A stretch of 64,000 nucleotides of DNA. Source: Phoronis australis (taxonomy: Eukaryota; Animalia; Phoronida). Of this stretch, positions 24,801 to 36,058 are shown piece by piece. The stretch's first letter is position 1, and every line of letters starts with the position of its first letter. Position numbers and translations under genes: made by a program. The notes below the pieces were generated by a model. The model was not told the DNA's origin and ran no database searches. It was given only the letters and a program-made list of their open reading frames with translations. Where the stretch lies: assembly GCA_002633005.1 (NCBI GenBank), contig NMRA01000575.1, forward strand, positions 153,325 through 217,324, given 5' to 3'.

Positions 24801-27186
24801 ACAGAACCACCTGGGAACCCCACAACCGCGTGGATATTTGTTTACTACTTATCAGAGGTCAATGGTTAAGGGCTTTCAATCAAATTGAATCTCCCGCCAG
24901 GTACAGAACAGCTTCGTATACCCTCAGTCTTTTCATTCAAGAAATGGCCATAACATTGAGTCAACGAGGTGTACTTAAGGTAGAATGGTGCCGGGGAAAA
25001 CAAAAAAACAAAATGTAGTTTGATCCTAAGGGTGTTGTGCGTCTACATGCATACGACCGTTGGCGTTGAGAACGAACGCTACTGTCGCCCCAGGCCTCTG
25101 TGGTCATGAACACTGCAAGTTGTGAAAAGAGACAAATCCTCACCCTAATTCCCTCATTCAATTAATAAATTGACAATTCAATGTTTCCATCTCATGCTAA
25201 CGACATGCTTTAACCACGGATTTGATTTTTGCTATTCATTTCTTTACGGTTTCGTATCAGTCACGTGTACAGGCTAAGTGTATAACCAGTGAGCTATATA
25301 CATAGAGGTGACATGACTATACTCGCAAGCTCTCCGGCGCACCAATACATCACTGCATTCCCAAAGTTTTTAGTATGGGTCTAAAATTTTCTTGACCCGA
25401 CGCCACTTGATTTATTTTATAAAACATTTGAGGTATGCGTGCATGTAAAGTCGTGTCATTGATCAATGGAATCGTACATGTTTGAGTACATGTGCATATT
25501 CGGGATTGAGGGCATACATTGTAGGCCGGTTTGAATAAAAGATGGGGGCAAAATTTTGCAAAACGATAGAGTTATGGAAACTGAAATGTTAACATTAAGT
25601 ACTTCAATAATAAAAGAAGAAGGCACGACACCAGATCCACCCTTTAGGCCTACTGGTTGGTAAGACAAGCACATATACATCGGATAGCCGCGTGTGCCTG
25701 TGAACACCACAGTGACTGCTTGGGCGGCCGAAGCCGAGGTCGAAGTATGCATTTGCCCAGACCCAATTTCCCGAAAGGTGATTGAAAATGTCCACTTCAG
25801 GTTATACCAAGGAATAATAATTATGTTACAATGCAGATGTTTTTCAGAAACTAAAACGCATGTAAGGCGTGCTGAGGTGTCTCAAGGAAAATTACTTGAG
25901 ATTTTCACTTGTCCAAGTTTAATCGGTATTTTTCTCGGCTTCGGCAAATCGATTTTATTTGAACTTAGGAACACAAGTTCTCGAAAACTGCCCGGTGGAT
26001 TTCGCTGATATTTTGACTTCCGTTTTTTACAAAGATACCTTACGTTTTACGAGTTGATTTGTCATAGAAAACATTTGAAAAAAGTTTCATCGAAAGCGAC
26101 CGAGGGGTTATTTTGCTATGAATGTACCTTTCTTAGAAATAAAATGTTGAGTTAAAAACGTAAAAATAATAATGGTACACTAATACAAAATGTATTTTCA
26201 TATAACCTAATACTTTTCTTTCAGAAAATGTATACTTGTACTACTTTACAAAGCTTAGTTTTTGATATACGATTTAGAATAGAGGCCACTAAATAAGGTT
26301 CTGCAATAACCTTAAGGACGGTAGCTTAAAAGCCACTCATCGAATATCCGCAAAACGTAGAGTTGCGCCATCAATGGCAAAGCGAAATTGGGGGCATGAG
26401 GGAACATGCGTGATTCGTATAATGCATGGATGTGAGTATACTTTCCAAATATTCAAAAATTAGGAACTGAAATGGAGTAAGTGGCTGTAAAATGAATAAT
26501 AACATAATACAATCAAGATGCCGAAAAGTAGTATTCTTGTCAATTCTACAGTAAATGGTCCATTTCAGGGACGGTTGTACTCGTTGCGGATACTTTTGTA
26601 CTCTTGCGAACCTGTTCGAAAAGATCAAAGTTGATCAGGGTGTCGACGTATTCCAGACTGTGAAAAACATTAGAGCCACTAGATTCCAGTTTATTACCAA
26701 TGTGGTAAGTTTCAGCGAGTAACGATTGTGATAATTGGTCTTTGCTCAACGACTGCCGCAAGATTTAGCTGCAATTGTCTTCGTGTCCTTTAATTATTCC
26801 TGTGTTTCATTGACAACATCTATTGTCTTTCTACTGGCCTCAGTGCAGCGTGGCACGTTTTTGATTTTTCATCTTACAGTTTTCAAGGATCTTGCTTTGA
26901 TGTTGCTTGGTCTTGGCCCGTGACAATCGAAATGATTTTATCTTTCAGGGAAAAGCTGATGTGGTTCTTTTTCGAATCAGGATATCGTAGTTTGATTGAG
27001 ATTCGGGCTGACAAGCGTAAAGTTTCTGGGCTACGTGCACTTAGTAATTGTTTTCCTCCATTTTCCTGGTGTCCACACTGCCTTTTCATCCTGTGTATTT
27101 TGTCTTTTCAGGCTCAGTACAACTCTTTGTACAGTATGGCTGAGCAGTTCATCCAGTCGTTTGACACGTACGCCAACTTCTCCTAG
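556..27186 (+). CDS. Receptor-type protein tyrosine phosphatase (FN3 ectodomain, TM, tandem D1/D2 PTP domains), 25 exons in window, 5' end upstream of window
   Basis: Exons read by hand, all AG/GT-bounded and phase-compatible, about 1114 codons to TAG at 27184-27186: 556-858, 1254-1471, 1780-1846, 2138-2244, 3538-3712, 4406-4514, 5324-5591, 6058-6121, 6989-7091, 7696-7763, 8504-8688, 9169-9256, 9880-9993, 10342-10439, 12387-12509, 12812-12975, 13680-13815, 14391-14525, 14944-15043, 15489-15565, 16881-17015, 18773-18904, 19153-19316, 26569-26704, 27112-27186. Motifs include [41 protein letters not shown] and QTVDQY. Confidence 0.95.
1254..1846 (+). CDS. RPTP exons 1254-1471 and 1780-1846: FN3 domain
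   Basis: PPSPKNL...[16 protein letters not shown]...[10 protein letters not shown] | [12 protein letters not shown]; spliced in phase 0. Confidence 0.9.
2138..3712 (+). CDS. RPTP exons 2138-2244 and 3538-3712: FN3 domain
   Basis: VPEMPQNV...[15 protein letters not shown] | LSWN...[23 protein letters not shown]. Confidence 0.9.
2720..3000. repeat. Dispersed repeat, inverted homolog at about 48555-48820
   Basis: ggattgttctaaaacccc...aagctcga...ggccgtgaacccggctggcttttc...gtcgatctggcaatctgaaagccaaa matches the reverse complement of 48555-48820. Confidence 0.8.
4406..6121 (+). CDS. RPTP exons 4406-4514, 5324-5591, 6058-6121: membrane-proximal FN3-like domain with RRRR furin site
   Basis: FYLIVVE...SRRRRE...YITANL...[18 protein letters not shown]...YRF, the typical membrane-proximal RPTP module. 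Confidence 0.88.
6989..7091 (+). CDS. RPTP transmembrane exon
   Basis: [22 protein letters not shown] followed by basic RR(RR); cag/gtgaga boundaries; too short for the ORF track. Confidence 0.9.
7696..8688 (+). CDS. RPTP juxtamembrane exons 7696-7763 and 8504-8688
   Basis: RRQQAENK...; NGYENAYVN...PVYEDF..SIKVEDL..YV....EYE (wedge region). Confidence 0.85.
9169..14525 (+). CDS. RPTP PTP domain D1 (catalytically intact), 7 exons
   Basis: [50 protein letters not shown] (12812-12975), VHC|SAGVGRTG (13680), MVQTV|DQYKF. Confidence 0.95.
10728..12240 (-). pseudogene. Degraded intronic coding remnant, candidate endogenous Mononegavirales-like L (RdRp) fragment
   Basis: Long minus-strand frames with few stops; collinear motif-like segments [58 protein letters not shown]. 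Confidence 0.45.
14745..14790. repeat. (GTT/GTC)n microsatellite
   Basis: gttgttgtcgtcgttgtcgtcgtcgtc...gtcgtcgttgttg. Confidence 0.8.
14944..27186 (+). CDS. RPTP PTP domain D2 (pseudophosphatase) and C-terminus, 7 exons
   Basis: [45 protein letters not shown]|[24 protein letters not shown]. Confidence 0.93.
16265..16570. mobile_element. Short MITE-like intronic insertion
   Basis: GC-rich island ending tcaaaatcctggatccgcacatg, a common invertebrate MITE terminus; left end degenerate. Confidence 0.45.
19675..24686 (+). mobile_element. Kolobok-type DNA transposon (defective), TTAA target site
   Basis: TTAA at 19671-74 and 24687-90; about 50-bp imperfect TIRs aggagaaggtaacctttgttcatgtcatttttagtaa; THAP remnant from 19924 ([10 protein letters not shown]...RRTWL...[11 protein letters not shown]); Kolobok-type [19 protein letters not shown]...GAQVTIQ. 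Confidence 0.85.
20654..24104 (-). mobile_element. Sola3-type DNA transposon nested in the Kolobok element
   Basis: TTAA on both sides (20650-53, 24105-08); GAG...CTC termini with TIR core tccatataaaaacca; broken minus-strand transposase with [13 protein letters not shown] (~22945) and [20 protein letters not shown]...[11 protein letters not shown] (~22730-22875). Confidence 0.85.
24691..26311. mobile_element. Non-autonomous TTAA-targeting DNA element abutting the Kolobok
   Basis: Left end ggttatctcaaaccttatt, right end reverse complement ggttattgcagaaccttatt, TTAA on both sides; right subterminal region homologous to 31851 onward. Confidence 0.75.
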
Positions 27187-27679
27187 TCGTTGCTGGTGAG
27201 AACGTGACCATGTTGACACCTATGCGTCAGTTATTGCGTTCCAGTTTCTATGTGTGGTAAATGTGATCCATGTTTGATTCTCCATTGGTGCTTTGCAGCT
27301 TTTACTTCGCATTCATTTTTTCTCGGTCGGCAGTGATTTGGCAACATGGTATCTAGCTGAAGCCGACTGAAACAAAACGGTTTTTTAGGAGTCGTTAGCT
27401 CGGAGGCAGTCAACAGCCGAGTCCAAAATGTGGTCGCTTTGAAATTGATTCGGATTACGCGCATAATTTCAGCCGATTTTCACCTTGTCCACGTATGTGT
27501 ACGCGTGTCACCGAATTTGTTTCCTTTTTCAGATCGATATTGTTCGTATTACAATGACTTTTAACACACCGGGCGCATTTAAACTGCACTTGCAAATCTT
27601 GGCACGCTCGAAGCGTCATTCATCGTCTAGTCGTTTTTGCGAAAAGTCGGTGCGAACTCTCAAGACCTACAGTGTTTAA

Positions 27680-28470
27680 AGGAGTATGCCACCCAAAAAA
27701 CAACTTATTTTGTATCAATTTAGCTCGAACATTTCTACGCGGTAACGGCAAGTTCGGTCGCGTTACCTGACACCTGACGGCAGATAGAGGTGTTGAAATT
27801 GTCCATTGACGTCATTGATTTTACACGTAGTCAATTCAGCAGTTCACAACACGGGTTACAGGTGTCAGCTTATCGTTTGAATTCATGGTTTAACACCAGT
27901 AAATCCTCAAACTTCGATTTAAGACCCTTAAAAATACACCAAGTTCTTATAAAACGTGTTGTTTTATTTTGCTGTTTCGGATTTATTGGTATTTGGACAC
28001 ACATTTGCTTACAAATTTCGGCAGGCCAACTTATCAAGGTCCGTAGCAGGAGTTTGGGATCTGTTCGGAGAAAAATTCTAAGTATCTTCAGTGAAATACA
28101 GACAAGAGAACCTGTATCGGTGTTGTTAATATTTGTGATTTTTGAGTTCTAAACACACAAAACGCTTGTTATCCCGGCCAGTGGCTCGGAACCCAATCAG
28201 GCCCGTCGCGGCCGAACTGACTGCTTAACCCCGGCCTGTGGCTCGGAACCCGATCAGGCCCGTCGCGACAGCCTGGACTTGCATGAACATAAACCAGCTT
28301 GAGTTGGAAACTAAACCTCCAGTCACAAAAAGACTACAACAGTGAGCCGAAGAAACAATGTGGACGTAATTATTTATGTCAATTAACCACGAACTGGCGT
28401 GTTCAACGGTGGAAAAATAACGCACTGACTGAAATCGGACGCCCCCCTTACAGCTTTCAAATGTTCAGTT
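27680..28470. mobile_element. Kolobok-family non-autonomous copy 1 (one end visible)
   Basis: TTAA then aggagtatgccacccaaaaaacaac; several hundred bp homologous to 49479-50030 and, inverted, to 61470-62009. Confidence 0.8.
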
Positions 28471-29377
28471 AAATGAGAAAGATAATTGAACAATGTTAGT
28501 GCCGTGTACTGATACTTGTGTGATTTTGTATTTTTAATCAATAAATGTTTGCTATTACTTTAGTAGTCTATACTAAAAGATTGTACACGTAATTGAACAA
28601 GTGGTTGCAATTTGACTAAGGTAGTTACATAATCACGGTGGTAACAAGTTTGATTACCATAACTTTTTATTCTTTCACAAACTTTAAGGCGAATGGTACT
28701 CAGTAGCTACAATCGATATTCGCTAATTTTCTACAAGTTTCAAGAACGCACCACTTCGCTTTCCAAGTGAACAAAGGATAATTTTGTTCTAAAAGAAGAT
28801 TACTCACGCTACCGTTCTGTACAGACAACCTTTTTATGAAAAGGCAATGCTATTTGAACATAATCTACGCTAAGCAAAGTGCAGCTGTACTCATTCACAA
28901 GTTGTAAATGTGAAAACAAAAAAATCTGTAAATAGGTGACCTTTGCACTATTGACGTACCTTGCGGGCTCACATAGGTGGCATCATGCAGTGTTATTCCT
29001 CTGCACCACGTCTGGACACAGTTAAGTGATTTACAGCGGATACCATTTAAAAACTCGTTCTGAAAAACATTTTGCAATGTTCAACCTACTTCATACTCAC
29101 ATCGTCGCTATGCCAACCTGTATGTTGTGTTTGTAACTAATTTGACCATGCAATCACAGAGATTGAGTATTACCTTGCGAGTTCACTTTAAGGGTCCCGG
29201 GGGTAGTTTTCGGACCCTACACACTAGCAACATGGATCACACCGATACAGTTAAATATTCCGGGCTACCATCGCGAATCAACAAGGAGCTAATACGGACG
29301 AAGACAGTGCCAAAAAGACACTCACGATGGAAATACGACAGATATAATGAGTTCCACGGGAGTTTTCCCAAGTTTGT

Positions 29378-29913
29378 NNNNNNNNNNNNNNNNNNNNNNN
29401 NNNNNNNNNNNNNNNNNNNNNNNNNNNNNNNNNNNNNNNNNNNNNNNNNNNNNNNNNNNNNNNNNNNNNNNNNNNNNNNNNNNNNNNNNNNNNNNNNNNN
29501 NNNNNNNNNNNNNNNNNNNNNNNNNNNNNNNNNNNNNNNNNNNNNNNNNNNNNNNNNNNNNNNNNNNNNNNNNNNNNNNNNNNNNNNNNNNNNNNNNNNN
29601 NNNNNNNNNNNNNNNNNNNNNNNNNNNNNNNNNNNNNNNNNNNNNNNNNNNNNNNNNNNNNNNNNNNNNNNNNNNNNNNNNNNNNNNNNNNNNNNNNNNN
29701 NNNNNNNNNNNNNNNNNNNNNNNNNNNNNNNNNNNNNNNNNNNNNNNNNNNNNNNNNNNNNNNNNNNNNNNNNNNNNNNNNNNNNNNNNNNNNNNNNNNN
29801 NNNNNNNNNNNNNNNNNNNNNNNNNNNNNNNNNNNNNNNNNNNNNNNNNNNNNNNNNNNNNNNNNNNNNNNNNNNNNNNNNNNNNNNNNNNNNNNNNNNN
29901 NNNNNNNNNNNNN
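29378..29913. other. Assembly gap (N run)
   Basis: Run of n. Confidence 0.99.
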
Positions 29914-31850
29914 AAATTAGGTATTACCTAGTGGTAATGATTAAAAGGTTTTGGCCTTAAATTTCTATTTTTGTACTTGAACAACAACGGAGGAGGCTAT
30001 GCTATTGTGACACCATTAAAGGCAAAGTTGCGCGCAGCTTACTTGAATTGAAATGATAATAATATTGATCTAGTCAAATGTTGGCAGAGATTGCTCAATA
30101 AATAGCCAGTTTGCTACTAAACTCGGTGACGTGTAACTTTCATAAGGTAAGTGGCTCCACAAAAATGGGTCATTTGACAAGTGTCGATTGTTGGCAAACG
30201 ACCCTGGAAACTACAGGACAGTGTAATATTGATTATTGGCAAAGTATTGGACGGCAAGACTCTTCGCTTTTATAGGCTAATAATAAACATGCTGTGTGAA
30301 ATCCCTCCAGACAAAAAAAATGTTCCAAAATCCCCTTACTGTGTCAATTTCATTCCCTCAAACTTAGTAACGTGGTTTGAATCGTGTGTAACTCTCACTG
30401 TAATCTTAAAAAGAAGTAAAGCTTTGAGTTTGTGTATCAGCTGGCGTGTAAAAAATTTGCGTGAGATAGATCACCGTCAACTTGGTTGGCCAGTGTCTTG
30501 TACTCGACTTGTCATTAATTACGGTTGTAAATAGCGTGTGCCCGATAGCAACTCCACTTCCAATGAAAGCAACTGACCACTGTCTTCGAATTTTCGAAAT
30601 CTGTACACTGCAGGGGAGGTTACTGAGAACAATTTAGTGCAACACAACTAGTATCTTGTGACGTTGTTCCAATTGTGAGCTTTATGGCACTCAGCATGCT
30701 GGGCAAGTTTATAAAATTCATGAGGATATCAACCGGGAAGCTATGTTATAGCGCTGTGACAGATAACACAGTTTTTGCATGTTATATTGAAAATCCAATT
30801 GTTTAAAATGATCCAATATATTGACGTCCTAAGTAAGAATTAGTTTTGTTACCCAAATTATAATTGGGTTGTTTTAGCCATAACTTAACACATGCTTTAC
30901 GTAATTAGCCAATTACGGGAAGCTTTGTTGAGTTGACATTGAATAATATGATTCACTTCCATCATTCAACTTGTCTAAAATAACAACGTTTGGCGTACTT
31001 GTTAGACCCAATGCAAAAGCAACCTAGCAGATTTCGGACGCACTGTTTTGAGTTCTTTAAGAATAGGGTCGCCATCTTTACAACAAAACTTTAAAAAAAA
31101 TGATGATGTGGTTTGGAACTAGAGGTTTTGAATGGCGTCTCTTTTCCGACAAGGTCAGTTGGCCCTATGCCGGTGAGGCCACGTTCGTTTCTAATCAGTA
31201 TCATTGGATTGCTATTCAGCTTAGAAAACCGATGAAGTGAGTGTTTTATTTCACCACTTTAATGTCATAAAAATGTTAACCTTTTTCAAAAAGTGCTATT
31301 AACAAATCTGCTATTTCTTGCCATAGCCCTTGTTAGCTAACAAATGAGAAGTTCTGTATTAAGCGCGTAGACCAATGACATCACACGATAGTTATACCAT
31401 GAGTGGTTTCCTTCCTGCACTTAGTGATTTCCGACGCCAATTTGTAAATTGGACGTCATTGACGACAACGGAAAGAGCAGATTCACAACGCCGAAGCAAA
31501 GTAGCTTACTATATACGTGCACAGCATTAGTTGCTTCGGGAAAAAACATGATGTCCTACGAAAACTTTGCAGTCGTATAGTCGACTGTTTGAAGCAAAAT
31601 TCCAGATTTGTCGAAGGTGTTGTTCGGAGGAAAACGTTTTTTATAATTTTGGACAAAAATCGACTAACGCAGAACCCTGGGAATATGTAAGTATTATCTT
31701 AACTGAGAGCAAAGATAGTAAAACAATCTTTCGTCAATTTGCTTACCAATTTTAAATTTCGATTTTTTCCGAACGACTATACATGTAGTCCTTTCTCCGC
31801 AAGAGATAGCTCCCCTGGACCGACGGTGGCACCACTATTGTTCCCATTTT

Positions 31851-32070
31851 AGGTTATCTCAAACCTTATTTAGTAGGCTCCATTCTAACACGTATATCGA
31901 AAAACTAAGGTTTGTTAACTAGGAAAAGTATATAGTTCATTAAAGAAAAGGATCAGGGACTTTAAAGCCTAACTTCAACGGAATTTTGTTATTTTACGTC
32001 TGTTGGGCTAACCAGATATTCCTGCCAAAAGAAGAAAACGCGCTTTCAATCACGCAAATGTAAACCTGTT
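31851..32070. mobile_element. End fragment of the family at 24691-26311
   Basis: aggttatctcaaaccttatttagtaggctccattctaacacgtatatcgaaaaactaagg aligns to the reverse complement of about 26200-26311. Confidence 0.7.
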
Positions 32071-32339
32071 TAATGATACAGAAGCTGTCTTTTCGTGCCA
32101 TGTTGCGTAACCGCCAGATCCCAGCAGAACCAACAGAAGACCGATAACAGTGGTATTGAAGAGACAATCTGGATAGAACACCATTGCGCGCAGCTCGGTG
32201 TTTGAATTAAAAGGTGATTCTCACGGTGGCGTAGACAAAAGCAAGTCAATACGACAAACACTTTGTCATATTTGGTAATTTATGGCATGTACAGTAGCAG
32301 CAGGCAGAAGATGAGCAAGCAATGATTGCCTTGATGCAA

Positions 32340-33850
32340 ACAAGAAGATGACGAGCAAGACGAAGAAACTGCTGGGTGACACCTTGGCTGGGCGTTGTGA
32401 GACGTGAGCACTTTGGCCACTACAACCAGTTTATGATCGAGCTCAGAAGAGAGGATCCAGCCTCGTTCCAGAATTGCCTCAGGATTCAGCGAGAGATGTT
32501 TGAGGAGCTACTTGCCAGTGTTGGATCATATACGTATCACGAACAAGGACACCAACTACACAAATGCCTTGTACCCAGGGATGAACACACACTCACCTTC
32601 CTCACACGTTAACGAATTTTTAAATCGGGTGGCATTACGCACTGCAAATTCAGTTCTCGAAAACGGCTTGGTGGATTTCGCAGAAACTTTCCAAATTTGA
32701 TAGCTTTCAATACTGTTTGTCAATCTAAACTGTTTGACGATTTTTAGAACACTGAAATTTCAGCAGAAAACCGAATCTTTTATACTACAAAGTAGGCCTG
32801 CAGGCACCTCAGCGTAACTTCAGTGGAAACGCCATTGCCGTACAAGCACCTTAATAACACCACCGGAAATGCCGCAGGAACGCAGTGGCACCCCAGTAAG
32901 AACGCAAAATTCTTTCCTGGCTCCGCAGTGGTACCCCCATAACCGCAGTGCTCCTGTGATAGTACCGAGGTAGCACCGCCATAACCGCAGTAGAACCGCC
33001 ACGAGATCTCCGTAGGGTCGCCATGACGGCGTTTTCCCGTTCAGTGACTTTACCAGACGTAGAGAATTGTGAGCGTGTGTTAAAATCTAGCTCATTTGTT
33101 AACTGCCAAGCACAGTCTTTTTTCTGTTATGACATCAGGCAGGCAATTATCTGCTAGGCTTATTACAGACCACGTGTGAACACAGTAAAACCCAGAACAT
33201 TCGGGAAAGAATAGAATGTCGTAGCTTCGGTTGCAGCTGTGCAATTTTGGCGATTCGAAAACTAAACATGATCAGCATTTGACGAGGAATTCAGAAATGC
33301 TATTGGTTCATGTTCAAATATGTTATAATTTAACTTCTGTTTTTAACAGCACTGCCCAGTCAGGCTAGATATGATCTTAGAGCAATTATCGAACAAAAGA
33401 GAGTTGGCCATCCAACCGTGAGTGTCAGAATGGAGTTAATCGGTCGTGTAAGATATTGGCTGCAGTGGTCATCTTCCCAACTTGTTGTTGGGATATAGAA
33501 TCGAACAAGTCCGGAGCAACGGGAAAACGCCGTAATTGTAATGCGGGAGCACGGCGTTAATGGAGGTGTCACTGCGGTCCTTGTACTGTGCCAGGGCGGT
33601 CGATCATGACGGTATCGTGGCGATCCCACTGCGGATTGGACCAACCAGTGGTGGCACTGCAGAGGTGTTTAACATGTTCAAAGTTTCCACATTGACACCG
33701 CAAAAGTTCGCGGTTTTGACAGTTTTCCGCGGTGTTACGCGATCAATGTCGGAACCACTGCGGAACCACGGCGATCATGGCAGTGCCACTGCGGTTTATG
33801 CTGTACAAGCACCGCAGTGGCACCGCACTTCCCTAATGACGGGGGTATGA
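32340..33850 (+). mobile_element. PIF/Harbinger remnant (transposase N-terminus plus GC-rich subterminal region)
   Basis: WVTPWL..RREHFGHYNQFMIELRREDPASFQNCLRI..EMFEELL...ITNKDTNY..ALYPG; ccgcag/gcgg-rich subterminal repeats ending gacgggggta at ~33850. Confidence 0.75.
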
Positions 33851-34788
33851 CGTTGTTTGAAGGCCGACCATTTTTCCTTTCTGTTGATACCTTGAGCATA
33901 GAATTTGATTTATGAATGAAGACTTTGGATTTATGAAAGCATGAACAGTCGTTAAATCTAGAATCAGCATACGGTGCGTTACCAATCATTGATAAAAGCA
34001 ATAGCGCGAGAAAAAAGAAGCGTGTTCACTTTTCATGGGCTGGGCATCCATTACGTGAAATCCGTTCAACTCTAAATCAGTTTTTACTGAGTCATTCGAG
34101 ATACTGTTAGTGTGTATTATCCAACACACTATAGTTTACGAATATGAGTACACATTGGAAGTTCGAAATCGGAGAGCAGATTATGAGCTCTGCTTCGGTC
34201 GGCCTTTGCTTCTCACCTCTTATTTCAAGAGAACGTACCTGTAAGATAATTCAATGTCCACTATATTCTGTTTCTTGCAGAAGCACATTTTAAGTGGATC
34301 AGCAATCTTTTTAACGTCATTGGTATTCGCTTCAAGTGAGGTTACACATACCCGCAGCAATCTTCCATTACAGTCCAGGTTTTTTTTCCCTTCATCAATC
34401 ATTAGCGTAATTTACGAGCTTATTTTACGGGCGTAAACTACGACCCTACACTTTTTTCGGAGCTTGTTTTATTGAACACCCGATTTTGCATTGTATATAG
34501 CGATTACATTTGTAAAGCACGGGTATGAAAAGTATCTCATGACTGCAATATACGAACGCTAGTTATGAAATACCCCCCTCCAAGTCATCAACCATTGTTC
34601 AAAGAATTCTGCTTAGCCTATTTCTCATGACAAATGAAGGTATTGTTAATCTTCGAGATTTATGCGGTGGGCGTAAGCTGGTCGCGTGGTCATCACCCAT
34701 TGGACGTGCTTATTAATTTCCTATAATACGCCCTTGATGTCGCATGGGAATCGTACCTCACTCGGTTACCTACATGTATGCATGCTTG

Positions 34789-36058
34789 TAATTACTCTGC
34801 GCGTGCAAGCGCAGAGTACTGTTGTTCCTGGATTTTCTTCAATTTTATTGTTACTCTTCTCATTCTTCTTATTTTTCTTCTTATTCTTCTTCCGACCAAC
34901 TGTGAGGCTTAATAACTCCAAATTGGGTGCAGGTACGGTCTTTAAATTCAGCATATGACTTTTCACAGTATATAAATTTTGATTGGTTATATAATAATTT
35001 TCCATATTGCACCAGAAGAGGTCCTTTGGTGCAAAGGTCATATAATTTTCAAAATGATACTCCTCCTTTAGTTTTGAAGCTATCTTTTTCAAATTCCGTG
35101 CACAGGTTTAAGTTAACATAACAATTTAAAAAATTAGTTTTCTAAGTAATCGGGTCATCCCATCAGGTAAAATAAGTCAAAGGTCATTAGGTGCAAACTA
35201 AAATTTTGAGCTAGATACTTTTAATTGACAGGTCTGATTACCACACGTAAATCCACTCGGAATGCAAAGTTTCAGGTCATTTAGTGAAAACATGGGGTCA
35301 TTAGGTGCATTTTTCTTCCGAAAATTTGACCTTTTCAACCAGCAAGTATCCTGATGTGTCAACCGTTAGACAACTGTGATTCTCAGCGTTAAGCACATTT
35401 TCCATGGGCTTTGCAATAATTCTCCTAAAGAAGGTTAAAATGCACCGGATAAGGTCAATCAGTGCAAAGGTCATGTAACGTTCAAAATGTTATATCTCTT
35501 ACGTTTTTCAAGGATTTCTTTTCAATTTCAGCACACTGGTGTAAGTCAACATGCCAAGTGAATACCCTACTTTACTTCGCAATAGGCCTCACCAATCAGA
35601 AAAAATAAATCAAAGGTCAATGAGTGTAAACTAAAATTTTGAGCTAGAAACTCCAGAATTACGTATCTGTTTACTAAGTGCGATTGAGTTTGAATTCTAA
35701 ATTTTCAGGTCATTTGGTGCACCCGTGGGGTCATTAGTTTAATTTTTCTTCTGAAAGTTTGACTAATTCATTCATCTTGTATTCTGAAGTGCTTAAAGTA
35801 AAACATCTGTGATTATTAGCATTAACCACACTTTTAATCGAGTTAACAATTACTCCCTCATCGGGGCTCATAATGCACCGGAAGAGGTCAATTAGTGGAA
35901 AGGTCATCAAAAAATTAATATGTAATTTCTCCTACAATTTTAAAGAATTCCTTTTCATATTGGTAAACGGGTTGCTGTCAGTAACTTCCCATAATAATTC
36001 CAGTAATACGCACGTGCAGAGTCCGTTGCTGTCACGCCCTGACAATAATCTTTCTAGT
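34789..36058 (+). mobile_element. HINE/Helentron-like non-autonomous rolling-circle element with internal ~433-bp tandem repeat
   Basis: 5' subTIR/hairpin actctgcgcgtgcaagcgcagagt, (TTC)n tract, repeat units tgcacc.ga..aggtc at ~35008/35441/35874, 3' subTIR gcacgtgcagagt, hairpin tgtca-cgccc-tgaca, ctagtt end. Confidence 0.8.

Noticed and set aside
29127-29960. 277-aa and 194-aa ORFs
   Set aside because: Length comes from the N run; no recognisable motif in the real sequence
28685-30030. Further TTAA-GG/AGG starts (~28689, 29192, 30020) as transposon ends
   Set aside because: No matching opposite TIRs found; an assembly gap intervenes
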